Assembly: GCA_028292625.1 (NCBI GenBank)
Contig: JAQGLY010000088.1
Location: 43,587-107,586 of the forward strand
Origin: Herbaspirillum sp.
Lineage (GTDB): Bacteria > Pseudomonadota > Gammaproteobacteria > Burkholderiales > Burkholderiaceae_D
Length of the DNA stretch: 64,000 bases
Direction of reading: 5' to 3'
Shown here: positions 1 to 10,501 of the stretch, in pieces
How the letters are laid out: each line of letters starts with the position of its first letter
How positions within the stretch are numbered: position 1 is the stretch's first letter
The notes under the pieces: generated by a model
The model's database searches: none
Told to the model about the DNA's origin: nothing
What the model saw: only the letters and a program-made list of their open reading frames with translations
Position numbers and translations under genes: made by a program

Positions 1-2
1 CG

Positions 3-3000
3 GTGATCGAGGTCTCCGGCCGCCTGTATCCGGTCGAAGTGCGCTACCGGCCCATCGACAATGCGGACCGCAGCGGCATCAAGACCGGCGCCGCGCCCGG
101 CAATGCCGCGCCGCAGCCGGCCAAGGCGCTGGCCGCCAATCCCGGTCCGGCCACCGCGGCGCAACGCCAGAAGGAACAACGCGATCTGATGGACGCGGTG
201 GTCGACGCGGTCGACGAACTGGCGCGCATCGGCTCCGGCGACGTGCTGGTGTTTTTGCCTGGCGAACGGGAAATCCGCGACGCCGCGGAAGCGCTGCGCA
301 AACATCATCCGCCGCATGTCGAAATCCTGCCTTTGTTCGCGCGCCTGTCCGCGCAGGAGCAGGAGCGGGTATTCAAGATATCCAACGCGCGCCGCATCGT
401 GCTGGCCACAAATGTCGCGGAAACCTCGCTGACGGTGCCCGGCATCCGCTACGTGGTCGATGCCGGGCTGGCGCGGGTCAAGCGCTACAGCTATCGCAAC
501 AAGGTCGAGCAATTGCAGATCGAGCCGATCGCGCAATCGGCCGCCAACCAGCGCGCCGGCCGCTGCGGACGGGTCGCCGCCGGCGTGTGCATCCGCCTGT
601 ACGAAGAGCAGGACTATCTGCTGCGGCCCAAATTCACCGAGCCGGAAATCCTGCGCTCGTCGCTGGCCTCGGTGATTTTGCGGATGAAATCGCTGCATCT
701 GGCCGATGTCGAAAGCTTCCCGTTCATCGAGCCGCCGTTGGGCCGCGCGATTGCCGACGGCTATCAGTTGTTGCAGGAGCTGGGCGCGGTCGACGACGGC
801 AACAGCCTGACGGCGCTGGGCCGGCAACTGGCGAAACTGCCGCTGGACCCGCGCGTGGGCCGCATGATCCTGGCCGGACGCGACGGCGGCTGTCTGAGCG
901 AATTGCTGATCATCGCATCGGCGCTGTCGGTGCAGGACCCGCGCGACCGGCCGCTGGAGGCGCAAGCCGCCGCCGACGCCGCGCACAAGAAATTCGCCGA
1001 CGAAAAATCGGAATTCAACAGCTATCTGAAAATCTGGCACTGGTTCGAGGAAGCGATCGCCCACAAGAAAACCAATCGCCAGCTGCAGGACCATTGCCGC
1101 GCCAATTTCCTGTCGCAGATGCGGCTGCGCGAATGGCGCGACGTGCACAGCCAGTTGCTGACCATCGTGCGCGAGCAGGGCTGGCATCTGAATCAGACCG
1201 CCGCGACTTACGATCAATTGCATATGGCGCTGCTGACCGGACTGCTCGGCAACGTCGGCTACAAGGCCGACGACGAACCGCATTATCTTGGCGCGCGCGG
1301 CATCAAATTCCATTTATGGCCGGGATCGACGCTGTCGAAAAAGGCCGGGCGCTGGGTGATGGCGGCCGAACTGGTCGACACCAGCCGCCTGTACGCGCGC
1401 TGCATCGCGCAGATCCAGCCGGAGTGGCTGGAACGCGTGGCCGGACATTTATTGAAAAAGAGCTGGGGCGAACCGCGCTGGGAAAAGCGCACCGCGCAGG
1501 TCAGCGCATCCGAACGCGCCACGCTGTACGGGCTGGTGGTGTACAGCCAGCGCCGCATCAATTATGCATTGATCAATCCGGTCGAAGCGCGCGAAATCTT
1601 CATCCGCGACGCGCTGGTCGGCGGCGAATTCGACACCCGCGCGCCGTTCTTCGCGCACAACCAGAAACTGATCCGCGAAATCGAAAACCTGGAGCACAAA
1701 TCGCGGCGGCTCGATGTGCTGGTCGACGACGATCTGATCGCCGCGTTTTACGACCGCGTGCTGCCGGCGGACGTCTGCAACGGCATCGCCTTCGAGAAAT
1801 GGCATAAGGACGCGGTCGCCCAGACGCCGAAACTGCTGTATTTGAATCGCGACGATCTGATGCGGCACGAAGCGGCCGGCGTGACCACCGAACTGTTCCC
1901 GAAGACCATGGCGGTGGCCGGCATCGATATGGCACTGTCGTTTCATTTCGAGCCGGGCGCGGCGCGCGACGGCGTGACGCTCAGCGTGCCGTTGTATGCG
2001 CTCAATCAGGTCTCGGCCGAGCGTTGCGAATGGCTGGTGCCGGGCATGCTGAAGGAAAAAGTGCATCTGCTGTTGAAATCGCTGCCGCAAAAGCTGCGCC
2101 GCCACTGCGTGCCGCTGCCCGATTATTCGGCGCGGTTTTGCGAGCGGATCGGCGATAGCTTCGGCCGCGGCGGCCTGATCGACGCGATCATCGCCGATAT
2201 GCGCGAACAACTGAGGCTGGCGGTGAAAGCCGGCGATTTCAAGCAGGAAACGCTGCCGGCGCATCATTTCATGAATTTCAAGATCGTCGACGAGCACGGC
2301 CGCCAGCTGGAAATGGGCCGCAATCTGAGCGCGTTGCAGGCGGAGTTCGGCGGTCAGGCGCGGCAGAGCTTCCAGAAGCTGGCCGAAAACACGCGCATCG
2401 CCGCTTCGGATGCCGCCTTGGCGCAATTGACCGGACGCGACGTGAAGGTCGCCGCGTCGACCGCCTCCGGCGCCCCGGCTGCCGGCCTTGCCGATGCAAG
2501 GCCGCCCGCGGCGGCCCGGCCGGGCATGGTGGAACAGAGCAATCTGACCGGCTGGACCTTCGGCGAACTGCCCGAATTGCTGGAAATCGAGCGCGGCAAG
2601 CAGACCTTGATCGGTTTCCCCGCGCTGGTCGACAAAACCGTGCATTGCGATCTGGAGGTATTCGACGATCCGGCCGAGGCAGCGCGGCATCACCGGATCG
2701 GCTTGCGCCGCCTGTTCGCGCTGCAATTGAAAGAGCAGCTCAAATTCCTGGACAAGAATATCCCCGGCCTGCAGCAGATGGGCATGCAATTCATGGCGCT
2801 GGGATCGCAGGAGGAATTGCGCGACCAGATCGTCGGCAGCGGACTGGAGCGCGCTTTTCTGCAGGCGCCGCTGCCGGTGAACGCAGAGCAATTCGCGCAG
2901 CGCAAGGAACAGGGCAAGGCCAGGCTGGTGCTGCTGGTCAACGAAATTGCGCGCCTGGCCGGCCAGATCCTGGCCGAATATCACCCGTTGCCGAAGAAAT

Positions 3001-3383
3001 TGCAGGGTCTGAAGGCGCATGCCGCCGCCGTCGCCGATATCCAGGCGCAATTGCAGGGCTTGATCGGCAAACGCTTCATCGCCGATACCCCCTACGAGCA
3101 GCTGGCGCATTTCCCGCGTTATCTGAAGGCGGTTACGGTCCGGCTGGATAAATTGCGCGCCGATCCGGTGCGCGACGTGCGGCTGACGGCGGAATGGGCG
3201 GTGGTTGCCGCGCCGTATCAGCGGGCGTTGAAGGACCGCAATGCCGCGGGCGATCCGAAAATGGTCGAATTCCGTTGGTTGCTGGAAGAATTGCGGGTTT
3301 CCTTGTTTGCGCAGGAGCTGCGCACGCCGATGCCGGTGTCGGTCAAGCGCTTGCAGAAGGTTTGGGAGACTATGCAGCGGTAG
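3..3383 (+). CDS. hrpA: ATP-dependent RNA helicase HrpA (DEAH-box), 5' end outside window
   Basis: The ORF is open to the window edge. It has helicase core motifs (LATNVAETSLTVPGIRYVVD, QRAGRCGR) followed by the long HrpA-type C-terminal region. GC3-rich codon pattern. Confidence 0.95.
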   Translation: MIEVSGRLYPVEVRYRPIDNADRSGIKTGAAPGNAAPQPAKALAANPGPATAAQRQKEQRDLMDAVVDAVDELARIGSGDVLVFLPGEREIRDAAEALRKHHPPHVEILPLFARLSAQEQERVFKISNARRIVLATNVAETSLTVPGIRYVVDAGLARVKRYSYRNKVEQLQIEPIAQSAANQRAGRCGRVAAGVCIRLYEEQDYLLRPKFTEPEILRSSLASVILRMKSLHLADVESFPFIEPPLGRAIADGYQLLQELGAVDDGNSLTALGRQLAKLPLDPRVGRMILAGRDGGCLSELLIIASALSVQDPRDRPLEAQAAADAAHKKFADEKSEFNSYLKIWHWFEEAIAHKKTNRQLQDHCRANFLSQMRLREWRDVHSQLLTIVREQGWHLNQTAATYDQLHMALLTGLLGNVGYKADDEPHYLGARGIKFHLWPGSTLSKKAGRWVMAAELVDTSRLYARCIAQIQPEWLERVAGHLLKKSWGEPRWEKRTAQVSASERATLYGLVVYSQRRINYALINPVEAREIFIRDALVGGEFDTRAPFFAHNQKLIREIENLEHKSRRLDVLVDDDLIAAFYDRVLPADVCNGIAFEKWHKDAVAQTPKLLYLNRDDLMRHEAAGVTTELFPKTMAVAGIDMALSFHFEPGAARDGVTLSVPLYALNQVSAERCEWLVPGMLKEKVHLLLKSLPQKLRRHCVPLPDYSARFCERIGDSFGRGGLIDAIIADMREQLRLAVKAGDFKQETLPAHHFMNFKIVDEHGRQLEMGRNLSALQAEFGGQARQSFQKLAENTRIAASDAALAQLTGRDVKVAASTASGAPAAGLADARPPAAARPGMVEQSNLTGWTFGELPELLEIERGKQTLIGFPALVDKTVHCDLEVFDDPAEAARHHRIGLRRLFALQLKEQLKFLDKNIPGLQQMGMQFMALGSQEELRDQIVGSGLERAFLQAPLPVNAEQFAQRKEQGKARLVLLVNEIARLAGQILAEYHPLPKKLQGLKAHAAAVADIQAQLQGLIGKRFIADTPYEQLAHFPRYLKAVTVRLDKLRADPVRDVRLTAEWAVVAAPYQRALKDRNAAGDPKMVEFRWLLEELRVSLFAQELRTPMPVSVKRLQKVWETMQR

Positions 3384-3509
3384 GGGGCCTGCGCGCTACT
3401 CCGTATCGAAGGAAGCGCACCGTCAACAGCGCCCAGATTAGCGTAAAATCCCCCGTCAACGCATCGAGCCTTGCCCCGTACAATCTCCACATCGAAAAAA
3501 TCTCAAAAA

Positions 3510-4076
3510 ATGTCAATCAAATCAGATAAATGGATACGCCGCATGGCGCAGGAACACGGCATGATCGAGCCGTTCAGCGCCGATCAGATCCGCGAGGAAA
3601 ACGGCCATAAAATCGTTTCCTACGGCACTTCGTCGTACGGCTACGATATCCGCTGCGCCAGGGAATTCAAGATTTTCACGAATATCAATTCGACCATCGT
3701 CGATCCGAAAAACTTCGACGACAAATCCTTCGTCGATTTCGTCGGCGATGTCTGCATCATCCCGCCCAATTCGTTTGCGCTGGCGCGCACGCTGGAGTAT
3801 TTCCGCATCCCGCGCAGCGTGCTGACCATCTGCCTGGGCAAATCGACGTACGCCCGTTGCGGCATCATCGTCAACGTCACGCCGTTCGAACCGGAATGGG
3901 AAGGCTACGTCACGCTGGAGTTCTCCAATACGACGCCGCTGCCGGCCAAGATTTACGCCGGCGAAGGCTGCGCCCAGGTGCTGTTTTTCGAAAGCGACGA
4001 AGTCTGCGAAACCTCCTACAAGGATCGCAACGGCAAATACCAGGGGCAGGTCGGCGTGACCTTACCCAAAGCATAG
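3510..4076 (+). CDS. dcd: dCTP deaminase
   Basis: The track ORF starts at 3471, but the internal ATG at 3510 gives the canonical 188-aa product ([13 protein letters not shown]...). The sequence is Dcd-like throughout ([35 protein letters not shown]). Confidence 0.95.
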   Translation: MSIKSDKWIRRMAQEHGMIEPFSADQIREENGHKIVSYGTSSYGYDIRCAREFKIFTNINSTIVDPKNFDDKSFVDFVGDVCIIPPNSFALARTLEYFRIPRSVLTICLGKSTYARCGIIVNVTPFEPEWEGYVTLEFSNTTPLPAKIYAGEGCAQVLFFESDEVCETSYKDRNGKYQGQVGVTLPKA

Positions 4077-4108
4077 AACCTTTCCTTTAACCGCTGCCTT
4101 TCCTTTCC

Positions 4109-4867
4109 ATGCCGATTGCTTATCTCAGAAAACTCAGCGGCAAGGAAAGAAGCGCAGCGTCCAATCGGCATCTGACCCTGTGCCTGGCGTTCATTGCCGG
4201 CGCGGCCAATGCCGGCGGCTTTCTCGCGGTGCATCAATACACCTCGCACATGTCCGGCATCGTGTCGGCGGTCGCCGATAATCTGGCGATCGGGGAGATC
4301 GTGTATATGCTGGCCGGCATCGGCGCGCTGCTGTCGTTCCTGGGCGGGGCCGCGACCTCGGCGATTCTGATCAACTGGGGGCGTCACCGCGGCCTGCAAA
4401 GCGAGTATGCATTGCCGCTGATGCTGGAGGCGCTGCTGTTGCTGTGCTTCGGCCTGATGGGCAGCAATCTGGCGCTGCACATGGGCTTGTTCGTGCCGCT
4501 GACGGTGATGCTGTTGTGTTTCATCATGGGGCTGCAAAACGCCACCAGCACCAAATTGACCCGCAGCGAAGTACGCACCACGCACGTCACCGGCCTGGTG
4601 ACCGATATCGGCATCGAACTGGGCAAGATGTTTTACTGGAATCACTCCCGCACGAAAGGCGAGCTCTTGTACGTCGCGTCGGATCGGCGGCGCCTGCGCT
4701 TCATGCTGATGCTGTTCGCGTTGTTTGTCAGCGGCGGGCTGCTCGGCGCGCTGGGGTTCAAGCACATCGGCTTTTCGGTGACGGTGCCGCTGGCGGCATT
4801 GCTGCTGATATTGGCGCTGGTGCCGGTGCTGGATGACGTATTTGCGTATTTGAAGCAAGCTTTTTAG
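4109..4867 (+). CDS. YoaK/DUF1275 family inner-membrane protein
   Basis: 252 aa, polytopic and hydrophobic. The N-terminus is typical of DUF1275 (LAFIAGAANAGGFLAVHQYTSHMSG). Confidence 0.85.
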   Translation: MPIAYLRKLSGKERSAASNRHLTLCLAFIAGAANAGGFLAVHQYTSHMSGIVSAVADNLAIGEIVYMLAGIGALLSFLGGAATSAILINWGRHRGLQSEYALPLMLEALLLLCFGLMGSNLALHMGLFVPLTVMLLCFIMGLQNATSTKLTRSEVRTTHVTGLVTDIGIELGKMFYWNHSRTKGELLYVASDRRRLRFMLMLFALFVSGGLLGALGFKHIGFSVTVPLAALLLILALVPVLDDVFAYLKQAF

Positions 4868-4885
4868 GATTGGTCTGATTGCGCC

Positions 4886-5608
4886 GTGTCGAGGCGGGCA
4901 TTTATTCTCGACGCCATGACTATTCTTGCGGCGCGGCTACAGACGGCGTTTCGCCCGTCTTTCGGCCGGCAGGCGGCCCTGGCGGTGCTGATCGCCGCAT
5001 TGCATGGGCTGTTGCTCTGGTCGATGCGCGAGGCGTCGGACCGACCGATATCGTCCGGCCCGGTAGCGGACAGCCATCCGCTGCAATGGGTGTTGCTGGA
5101 AACACCGGCGACCGAGCCGGTTCTTCATTCCCAAGTGCGGCAGAACGCCGCCAACGCGAAACCGCCACGTCGGCGCGCACCAGCCGCAGCGGCTCCGGCG
5201 GCGCCTGCTACGCGAGCGCAAATCTTGCCGCCGCCATCGCAGCCGGCGATCGGACCCGCCCCCGGCGCCGTGACGAACGCCGACCCCGACAAGGGCTTGC
5301 TGGCAAGGAGTTTGCGCGACGTAGCGGCGATCGATCGCCAATTGCGCAAGGATTTCCCGCCGATGGAGCAACAGGGACTGCCGACGCCGCAGCAAAAACT
5401 GGCGGCCGGAATCGCCGCCGCGGCTCAGGGTTCCGGCGGACCCGGCACCACCATCCAGGAGCTGGGCGTGATCAACGGCTTGGTAGCGACCAAGGTCAGC
5501 ACGCCATTCGGCAGTTACTGCGTATTCCAGCCGCATGTCGGCAGCAGCAAGGGCCACGACCAGTTTTCCGGACGCGGGCCGCGAATGACGATGGGCAATT
5601 GTCCGTAA
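4886..5608 (+). CDS. hypothetical membrane-anchored protein with Pro/Ala-rich linker
   Basis: GTG start. One N-terminal TM helix (AALAVLIAALHGLLLW), a Pro/Ala-rich segment, then a C-terminal globular part. Strong GC3 bias in this frame; the competing frame (4879..5634) is Arg/Gly-rich junk. I recognise no family. Confidence 0.55.
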   Translation: MSRRAFILDAMTILAARLQTAFRPSFGRQAALAVLIAALHGLLLWSMREASDRPISSGPVADSHPLQWVLLETPATEPVLHSQVRQNAANAKPPRRRAPAAAAPAAPATRAQILPPPSQPAIGPAPGAVTNADPDKGLLARSLRDVAAIDRQLRKDFPPMEQQGLPTPQQKLAAGIAAAAQGSGGPGTTIQELGVINGLVATKVSTPFGSYCVFQPHVGSSKGHDQFSGRGPRMTMGNCP

Positions 5609-5623
5609 CGCGTTCCGGCGGCG

Positions 5624-7888
5624 CTATTGCTTGACGCAATCCACGAAATAATCCCGCCGTCCGTTCAATTCCCGTTTCACCAGCCCATGCACATCGGTTT
5701 CGAAGCCGGGGAATTTCTCGTTGAAGTCGCGCGCGAATTTCAGATAGTCGACGATGGTTTTGTTGAAGCGTTCGCCCGGAATCAGCAATGGGATGCCCGG
5801 CGGATACGGCGTCAGCAGGATCGAAGTCACGCGGCCTTCGAGCTGGTCCAGCGGCACGCGGTCGATTTCGCGGTGCGCCATTTTGGCGAACGCGTCCGAC
5901 GGCTTCATCGCCGGCTGCATATCCGACAAATACATCTCGGTGGTCAGCCGCGCGACATCGTAGGCCTTGTACGTCTCATGAATCTGCTGACACAGGTCGC
6001 GCAGCCCGAGCCGCTCGTAGCGCGCATTGCGGCCCTGATTGGCGCGCGCGAATTCGGGCAGGATGCGCCAGATCGGCTGGTTCTTGTCGTAGTCGTCCTT
6101 GAACTGCTGCAGCGCCGTCAGCAGCGTATTCCAGCGGCCCTTGGTGATGCCGATGGTAAACATGATGAAGAACGAATACAGTCCGCATTTCTCGACGATC
6201 ACGCCGTGTTCAGCCAGGTATTTGGTGACGATCGACGCGGGGATGCCGCTTTCGCCGAACTTGCCCTCCAGCGACAGGCCGGGCGTGACGATGGTGGCCT
6301 TGATCGGATCGAGCATGTTGAAGCCCGGCGCCAGATTGCCGAAACCGTGCCAGCTGTCTTCGGCCTTGATCACCCAGTCTTCGCGCGAGCCGATGCCGTC
6401 TTCGGAGAAGCTGTCCGGCCCCCACACCTGGAACCACCAGTCCTTGCCCCACTCCTCGTCGATCTTCTTCATCGCGCGGCGGAAGTCCAGCGCTTCCAGA
6501 ATGCTTTCCTCCACCAGCGCGGTGCCGCCCGGCGCTTCCATCATCGCCGCGGCGACGTCGCACGACGCGATGATCGAATACTGCGGCGAGGTCGAGGTGT
6601 GCATCAGATAGGCTTCGTTGAACGCGTCCTGGTCGAGCTGCACGCTTTCCGAATCGCGCACCAGGATCTGCGACGCCTGCGACAGGCCGGCCAGCAGCTT
6701 ATGCGTCGATTGCGTCGAGAAAATCATCGATTGCTTCGGCCGCGGACGATCCTTGCCGATCGCGTGCATGTCTTTGTAGAACTCATGAAAAGTCGCATGC
6801 GGCAGCCAGGCTTCGTCGAAATGCAGGGTGTCGATTTCGCCGTCCAGCATTTGCTTGAGCGTTTCGACGTTGTAGATCACGCCGTCGTAGGTCGACTGGG
6901 TGATGGTCAGGATGCGCGGCTTTTTGTTGACGGCTTCGCGCGCGAACGGATTGGCTTCGATTTTGCGGCGGATGCTGTCGAGCGTGAATTCTTCCAGCGG
7001 GATCGGGCCGATGATGCCGAGATTGTTGCGGGTCGGCATCAGGAACACCGGAATGGCGCCGGTCATGATGATCGAATGCAGGATCGATTTGTGGCAGTTG
7101 CGGTCGACCACCACGATGTCGCCCGGCGCCACCGTCGAGTGCCAGACCATTTTGTTCGAGGTCGAGGTGCCGTTGGTGACGAAATAGCAGTGGTCGGCGT
7201 TATAAATGCGCGCCGCGTTGCGTTCGGATTCGGCGATCGGGCCGGTGTGGTCCAGCAACTGGCCCAGTTCCTCGACCGCGTTGCAGACGTCGGCGCGCAG
7301 CATGTTTTCGCCGAAAAACTGGTGGAACATCTGGCCGATGGGCGATTTCAGAAACGCCACGCCGCCCGAATGGCCCGGGCAGTGCCACGAATAGGAACCG
7401 TCCTGCGCGTAATGCACCAGCGCGCGGAAAAAAGGCGGCGACAGGCCGTCCAGATACGATTTGGCTTCGCGGATGATGTGGCGCGCGACGAATTCGGGCG
7501 TGTCTTCGAACATGTGAATGAAGCCGTGCAGCTCGCGCAGGATATCGTTCGGGATATGGCGCGAGGTGCGTGTTTCGCCGTACAGATAAATCGGGATGTC
7601 GGCGTTTTTGTAGCGGATTTCCTCGACGAAGGCGCGCAGCGATTTCAGCGCGTGATCGGTCTCCTCGAACGAGCCGCCGCCGAATTCTTCATCGTCGATC
7701 GACAGGATGAACGCCGACGCGCGCGATTGCTGCTGCGCGAATTGCGACAGATCGCCGTAACTGGTCACGCCCAGCACTTCCATTCCTTCCAGCTGCATCG
7801 CGTCGGCCAGCGCGCGGATGCCAAGACCGGAGGTGTTCTCGGAACGGAAATCTTCATCGATGATGACGATGGGAAAACGAAATTTCAT
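5624..7888 (-). CDS. Orn/Lys/Arg decarboxylase family 1 (large PLP-dependent, LdcA/LdcC/AdiA-like)
   Basis: 754 aa. It has an N-terminal wing domain (MKFRFPIVIIDEDF...), a PLP core (STSNKMV..., QSTHKLL with the Lys) and a C-terminal domain. Substrate cannot be assigned from the sequence alone. Confidence 0.93.
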   Translation of the reverse strand: MKFRFPIVIIDEDFRSENTSGLGIRALADAMQLEGMEVLGVTSYGDLSQFAQQQSRASAFILSIDDEEFGGGSFEETDHALKSLRAFVEEIRYKNADIPIYLYGETRTSRHIPNDILRELHGFIHMFEDTPEFVARHIIREAKSYLDGLSPPFFRALVHYAQDGSYSWHCPGHSGGVAFLKSPIGQMFHQFFGENMLRADVCNAVEELGQLLDHTGPIAESERNAARIYNADHCYFVTNGTSTSNKMVWHSTVAPGDIVVVDRNCHKSILHSIIMTGAIPVFLMPTRNNLGIIGPIPLEEFTLDSIRRKIEANPFAREAVNKKPRILTITQSTYDGVIYNVETLKQMLDGEIDTLHFDEAWLPHATFHEFYKDMHAIGKDRPRPKQSMIFSTQSTHKLLAGLSQASQILVRDSESVQLDQDAFNEAYLMHTSTSPQYSIIASCDVAAAMMEAPGGTALVEESILEALDFRRAMKKIDEEWGKDWWFQVWGPDSFSEDGIGSREDWVIKAEDSWHGFGNLAPGFNMLDPIKATIVTPGLSLEGKFGESGIPASIVTKYLAEHGVIVEKCGLYSFFIMFTIGITKGRWNTLLTALQQFKDDYDKNQPIWRILPEFARANQGRNARYERLGLRDLCQQIHETYKAYDVARLTTEMYLSDMQPAMKPSDAFAKMAHREIDRVPLDQLEGRVTSILLTPYPPGIPLLIPGERFNKTIVDYLKFARDFNEKFPGFETDVHGLVKRELNGRRDYFVDCVKQ

Positions 7889-8015
7889 ATAGTCTCCAGG
7901 ACCATGGTGTTGCGATGTCGAAAATACGGCAGCCGAATTTTCGCAGATATGCGGCCCGGGCGGGGCCCGGCGGGGGGGATATCGGAAAAATCGACGCTCA
8001 AAACAACAATTCCGT

Positions 8016-8504
8016 TCAACGTCTTTCGTAGGTCACAAAAGCGTAATCCAGATCGCCGGCGGCGCTGCGATGGGGTTCGCGCGCGACCTGTCGCCAGCAT
8101 TGCAGGTCCAGCGCCGGAAAAAAAGCGTCGCAGTCGAAGTTGCCGGCGATTTCGGTGACGATCAGCCGGTCGGCCAGGGGCAGCGCTTCGGCATAGATCT
8201 GCGCGCCGCCGATGATGAACGCTTCGGCGTCGCCGGCCAGGGCCGCGGCGGCGGTCAGCGAAGCGGCGCTTTCGACGCCGGCGTGCGTCCATCGCGGATT
8301 GCGGGTGACGACGATATTGCGGCGGTTCGGCAGCGGCCGGCCGATCGAATCGAAGGTTTTACGGCCCATGATGATCGGATGGCCGGTGGTCGTGCGCTTG
8401 AAATGCGCCAGATCCTCCGGCAGATGCCACGGCAGGGAATTGTTGATGCCGATGCCGTGGTTGGCGTCGGTGGCGACGATAATGCTGAGACGGGCAGAAG
8501 GCAT
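8016..8504 (-). CDS. folA: dihydrofolate reductase
   Basis: 162 aa with classic DHFR motifs ([53 protein letters not shown]). Confidence 0.95.
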   Translation of the reverse strand: MPSARLSIIVATDANHGIGINNSLPWHLPEDLAHFKRTTTGHPIIMGRKTFDSIGRPLPNRRNIVVTRNPRWTHAGVESAASLTAAAALAGDAEAFIIGGAQIYAEALPLADRLIVTEIAGNFDCDAFFPALDLQCWRQVAREPHRSAAGDLDYAFVTYERR

Positions 8505-8876
8505 GAACGGATGGCGATGGTTGACGGTGGATATGACGGCGCGCGGCGGCGCGGAGCCGTAAAACCGGTTATCTTACTAGATTTCGTTTCATCGATATCC
8601 GTAATCGCGGAAATCGGCCCGATCGGCGCATCCGGCTTGCGCCATGCGGCGGAAACGGTGCGGCGGGGAACTTTATCGCTTCCCATGGCCCTTAATGGCG
8701 GTAATGCGCTTTTCCGGATGCTTTGCGCATGGCGCGCTATCTGGACAGAAGCGGCATTTGTCCGCACACAGATAAATGGATTTGTAATATATTCGCTAAA
8801 TTGCGGACTGTATTGAGCCGCTGGTTTACGCTATCGCGTTGCCGGCGCCTTTCTTGTTATTTCTGATGGAAATCCT

Positions 8877-10457
8877 ATGTATTTAAACGAGCGACAACCG
8901 ATGGCAGGCATCGCTTCAGCAAGCGCGCGCGGTCGTTCCCGTGCGCTGCGCGCCGCCCCGGCTCGCGCCTTATTGCTGGCCGGCCTGCTGCTGGCCGCCG
9001 CGTCGGCCCATGCTTTCGACTTCAACGATGTGGTCAGGGACGCCCAGGCTTTATCGACCAAATCGTATAAAAGACCGGTGGATAATCTGCCGAAGGACGT
9101 CAAGGCCTTAAGTTACGATCAATACACCGATATCACCTACCGCCCGGAAAAAAACGTCTGGCGGGCCGAAAAACTGCCGTTCGAACTGTCGTTTTCGCAT
9201 GAGGGATCGGCCTATAATCTGCCGGTCAAAATCAATGAAATCGTCGGCAACACCGCGCGCGAGATCAAGTTCAGTCCGGATCTTTTCGATTACGGCAATA
9301 ACAAGCTCAATCAGGATCAGTTGCGCAGCCTCGGCTTTGCCGGCGTGCAGGTGCAATACCCGATCAATTCGAACAAAACCAAGAGCGATGTATTTTCGCT
9401 GCTGGGCGCCAGTTATTTCCGCGCGCTGGGCAAGGGGCAGAACTACGGCGTCACCGCGCGCGGACTGGCGGTGGATACCGCGTTGCAATCCGGCGAAGAG
9501 TTTCCCCGTTTCGTCGAAGTCTGGATAGACAAGCCGTCCATGCGGGACAAAGAGCTGACCATCTATGCGCTGCTCGATTCGGCCAGCGTGACCGGCGCTT
9601 ACCGCTTTATCCTGAAGCCGGGCGTGGAAACCACGATCGATGTCAAGGCGCAGCTGTATCTGCGCAAGGGCGTGAGCAAGCTCGGCGTCGCGCCCTTGAC
9701 GAGCATGTACTATTTCGGCACAAACCAGCGTTCCGACGCCGAGGATTTCCGGCCGCAAGTCCATGACTCCGACGGCTTGATGATGCACGCCGGCAATGGC
9801 GAATGGCTTTGGCGGCCGCTGGTCAATCCGAAACGGCTGCTGGTGACTTCGTTCGGCACCACCGATCCGCTCGGTTTCGGGCTGATGCAGCGCGACCGCA
9901 GCTTTGCCAATTATGAGGATTTGGGGGCGCGCTTCGAAACGCGGCCGAGCCTGTGGGTCACGCCGAAGGGCAAATGGGGCGAGGGCCGGGTCGAGCTGGT
10001 GCAGATCCCGACGCCGAACGAGGACAACGACAATATCGTCGCGTACTGGGTGCCGGCCAAAACGCCGCCGCCGGGTACGCCGATACCGATCGAATACCGT
10101 TTGTCATGGCAGAAGGAGACCGATACCAGGCCGACCCTGGCATGGGTGGCGCAGACCCGGCGCAGCAACGGCAATCCGGCCAAACCGGACGACAGCATCA
10201 TGTTGAGCGTGGATTTCGAAGGTCCGGGGCTGGTAAAGCGCGCGACCGACAGTAAATTGAGCGCGGCCATCGAAGCCGACGACAATGGCAAGCTGCTGGA
10301 AACCCGGCTGGTGCGCAACGATGTCTCCGGCGGCTGGCGCATGGTGATCCGCCTGCGCCGCAACGACGAAAACAAACCAATCGAACTGCGCGGCTTTTTG
10401 CGCGACGGCAATACCCCTTTGTCTGAGACCTGGAGTTACATATTACCGCCCAATTAA
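8877..10457 (+). CDS. opgG: periplasmic glucan biosynthesis protein OpgG (MdoG)
   Basis: 526 aa, MdoG/OpgG family ([10 protein letters not shown]..., [21 protein letters not shown], DSDGL). Sec-type signal peptide ...[10 protein letters not shown]. An alternative start is the ATG at 8901. Confidence 0.93.
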   Translation: MYLNERQPMAGIASASARGRSRALRAAPARALLLAGLLLAAASAHAFDFNDVVRDAQALSTKSYKRPVDNLPKDVKALSYDQYTDITYRPEKNVWRAEKLPFELSFSHEGSAYNLPVKINEIVGNTAREIKFSPDLFDYGNNKLNQDQLRSLGFAGVQVQYPINSNKTKSDVFSLLGASYFRALGKGQNYGVTARGLAVDTALQSGEEFPRFVEVWIDKPSMRDKELTIYALLDSASVTGAYRFILKPGVETTIDVKAQLYLRKGVSKLGVAPLTSMYYFGTNQRSDAEDFRPQVHDSDGLMMHAGNGEWLWRPLVNPKRLLVTSFGTTDPLGFGLMQRDRSFANYEDLGARFETRPSLWVTPKGKWGEGRVELVQIPTPNEDNDNIVAYWVPAKTPPPGTPIPIEYRLSWQKETDTRPTLAWVAQTRRSNGNPAKPDDSIMLSVDFEGPGLVKRATDSKLSAAIEADDNGKLLETRLVRNDVSGGWRMVIRLRRNDENKPIELRGFLRDGNTPLSETWSYILPPN

Positions 10458-10501
10458 AGCAACCAGCAGCGCAATCCGCGGTCGCCGCCTATCTGGACCG
10501 C

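Noticed and set aside
1449-3110. 553-aa minus-strand ORF inside hrpA
   Set aside because: It lies antisense to a confidently identified gene. Its composition is Arg/Gln/Leu/Ala-rich and low in complexity, as expected from stop-codon depletion in a high-GC sequence. It is a shadow ORF.
4879-5634. 251-aa alternative frame overlapping the 4886..5608 ORF
   Set aside because: Its translation is Arg/Gly/Ala-rich and it has poor third-position GC bias compared with the 4886 frame.
7972-7978. G7 homopolymer about 85 nt upstream of the decarboxylase start, considered as a phase-variation tract
   Set aside because: It is short for slipped-strand switching. It lies in GC-rich DNA where such runs arise by chance, and it is not positioned within a recognisable promoter spacer or coding frame.
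5627-8158. 843-aa plus-strand ORF spanning the decarboxylase and part of folA
   Set aside because: It is antisense to two well-supported genes and runs through their intergenic region. It is Arg/Asp/His-rich with no recognisable motifs, so it is a GC-driven shadow.
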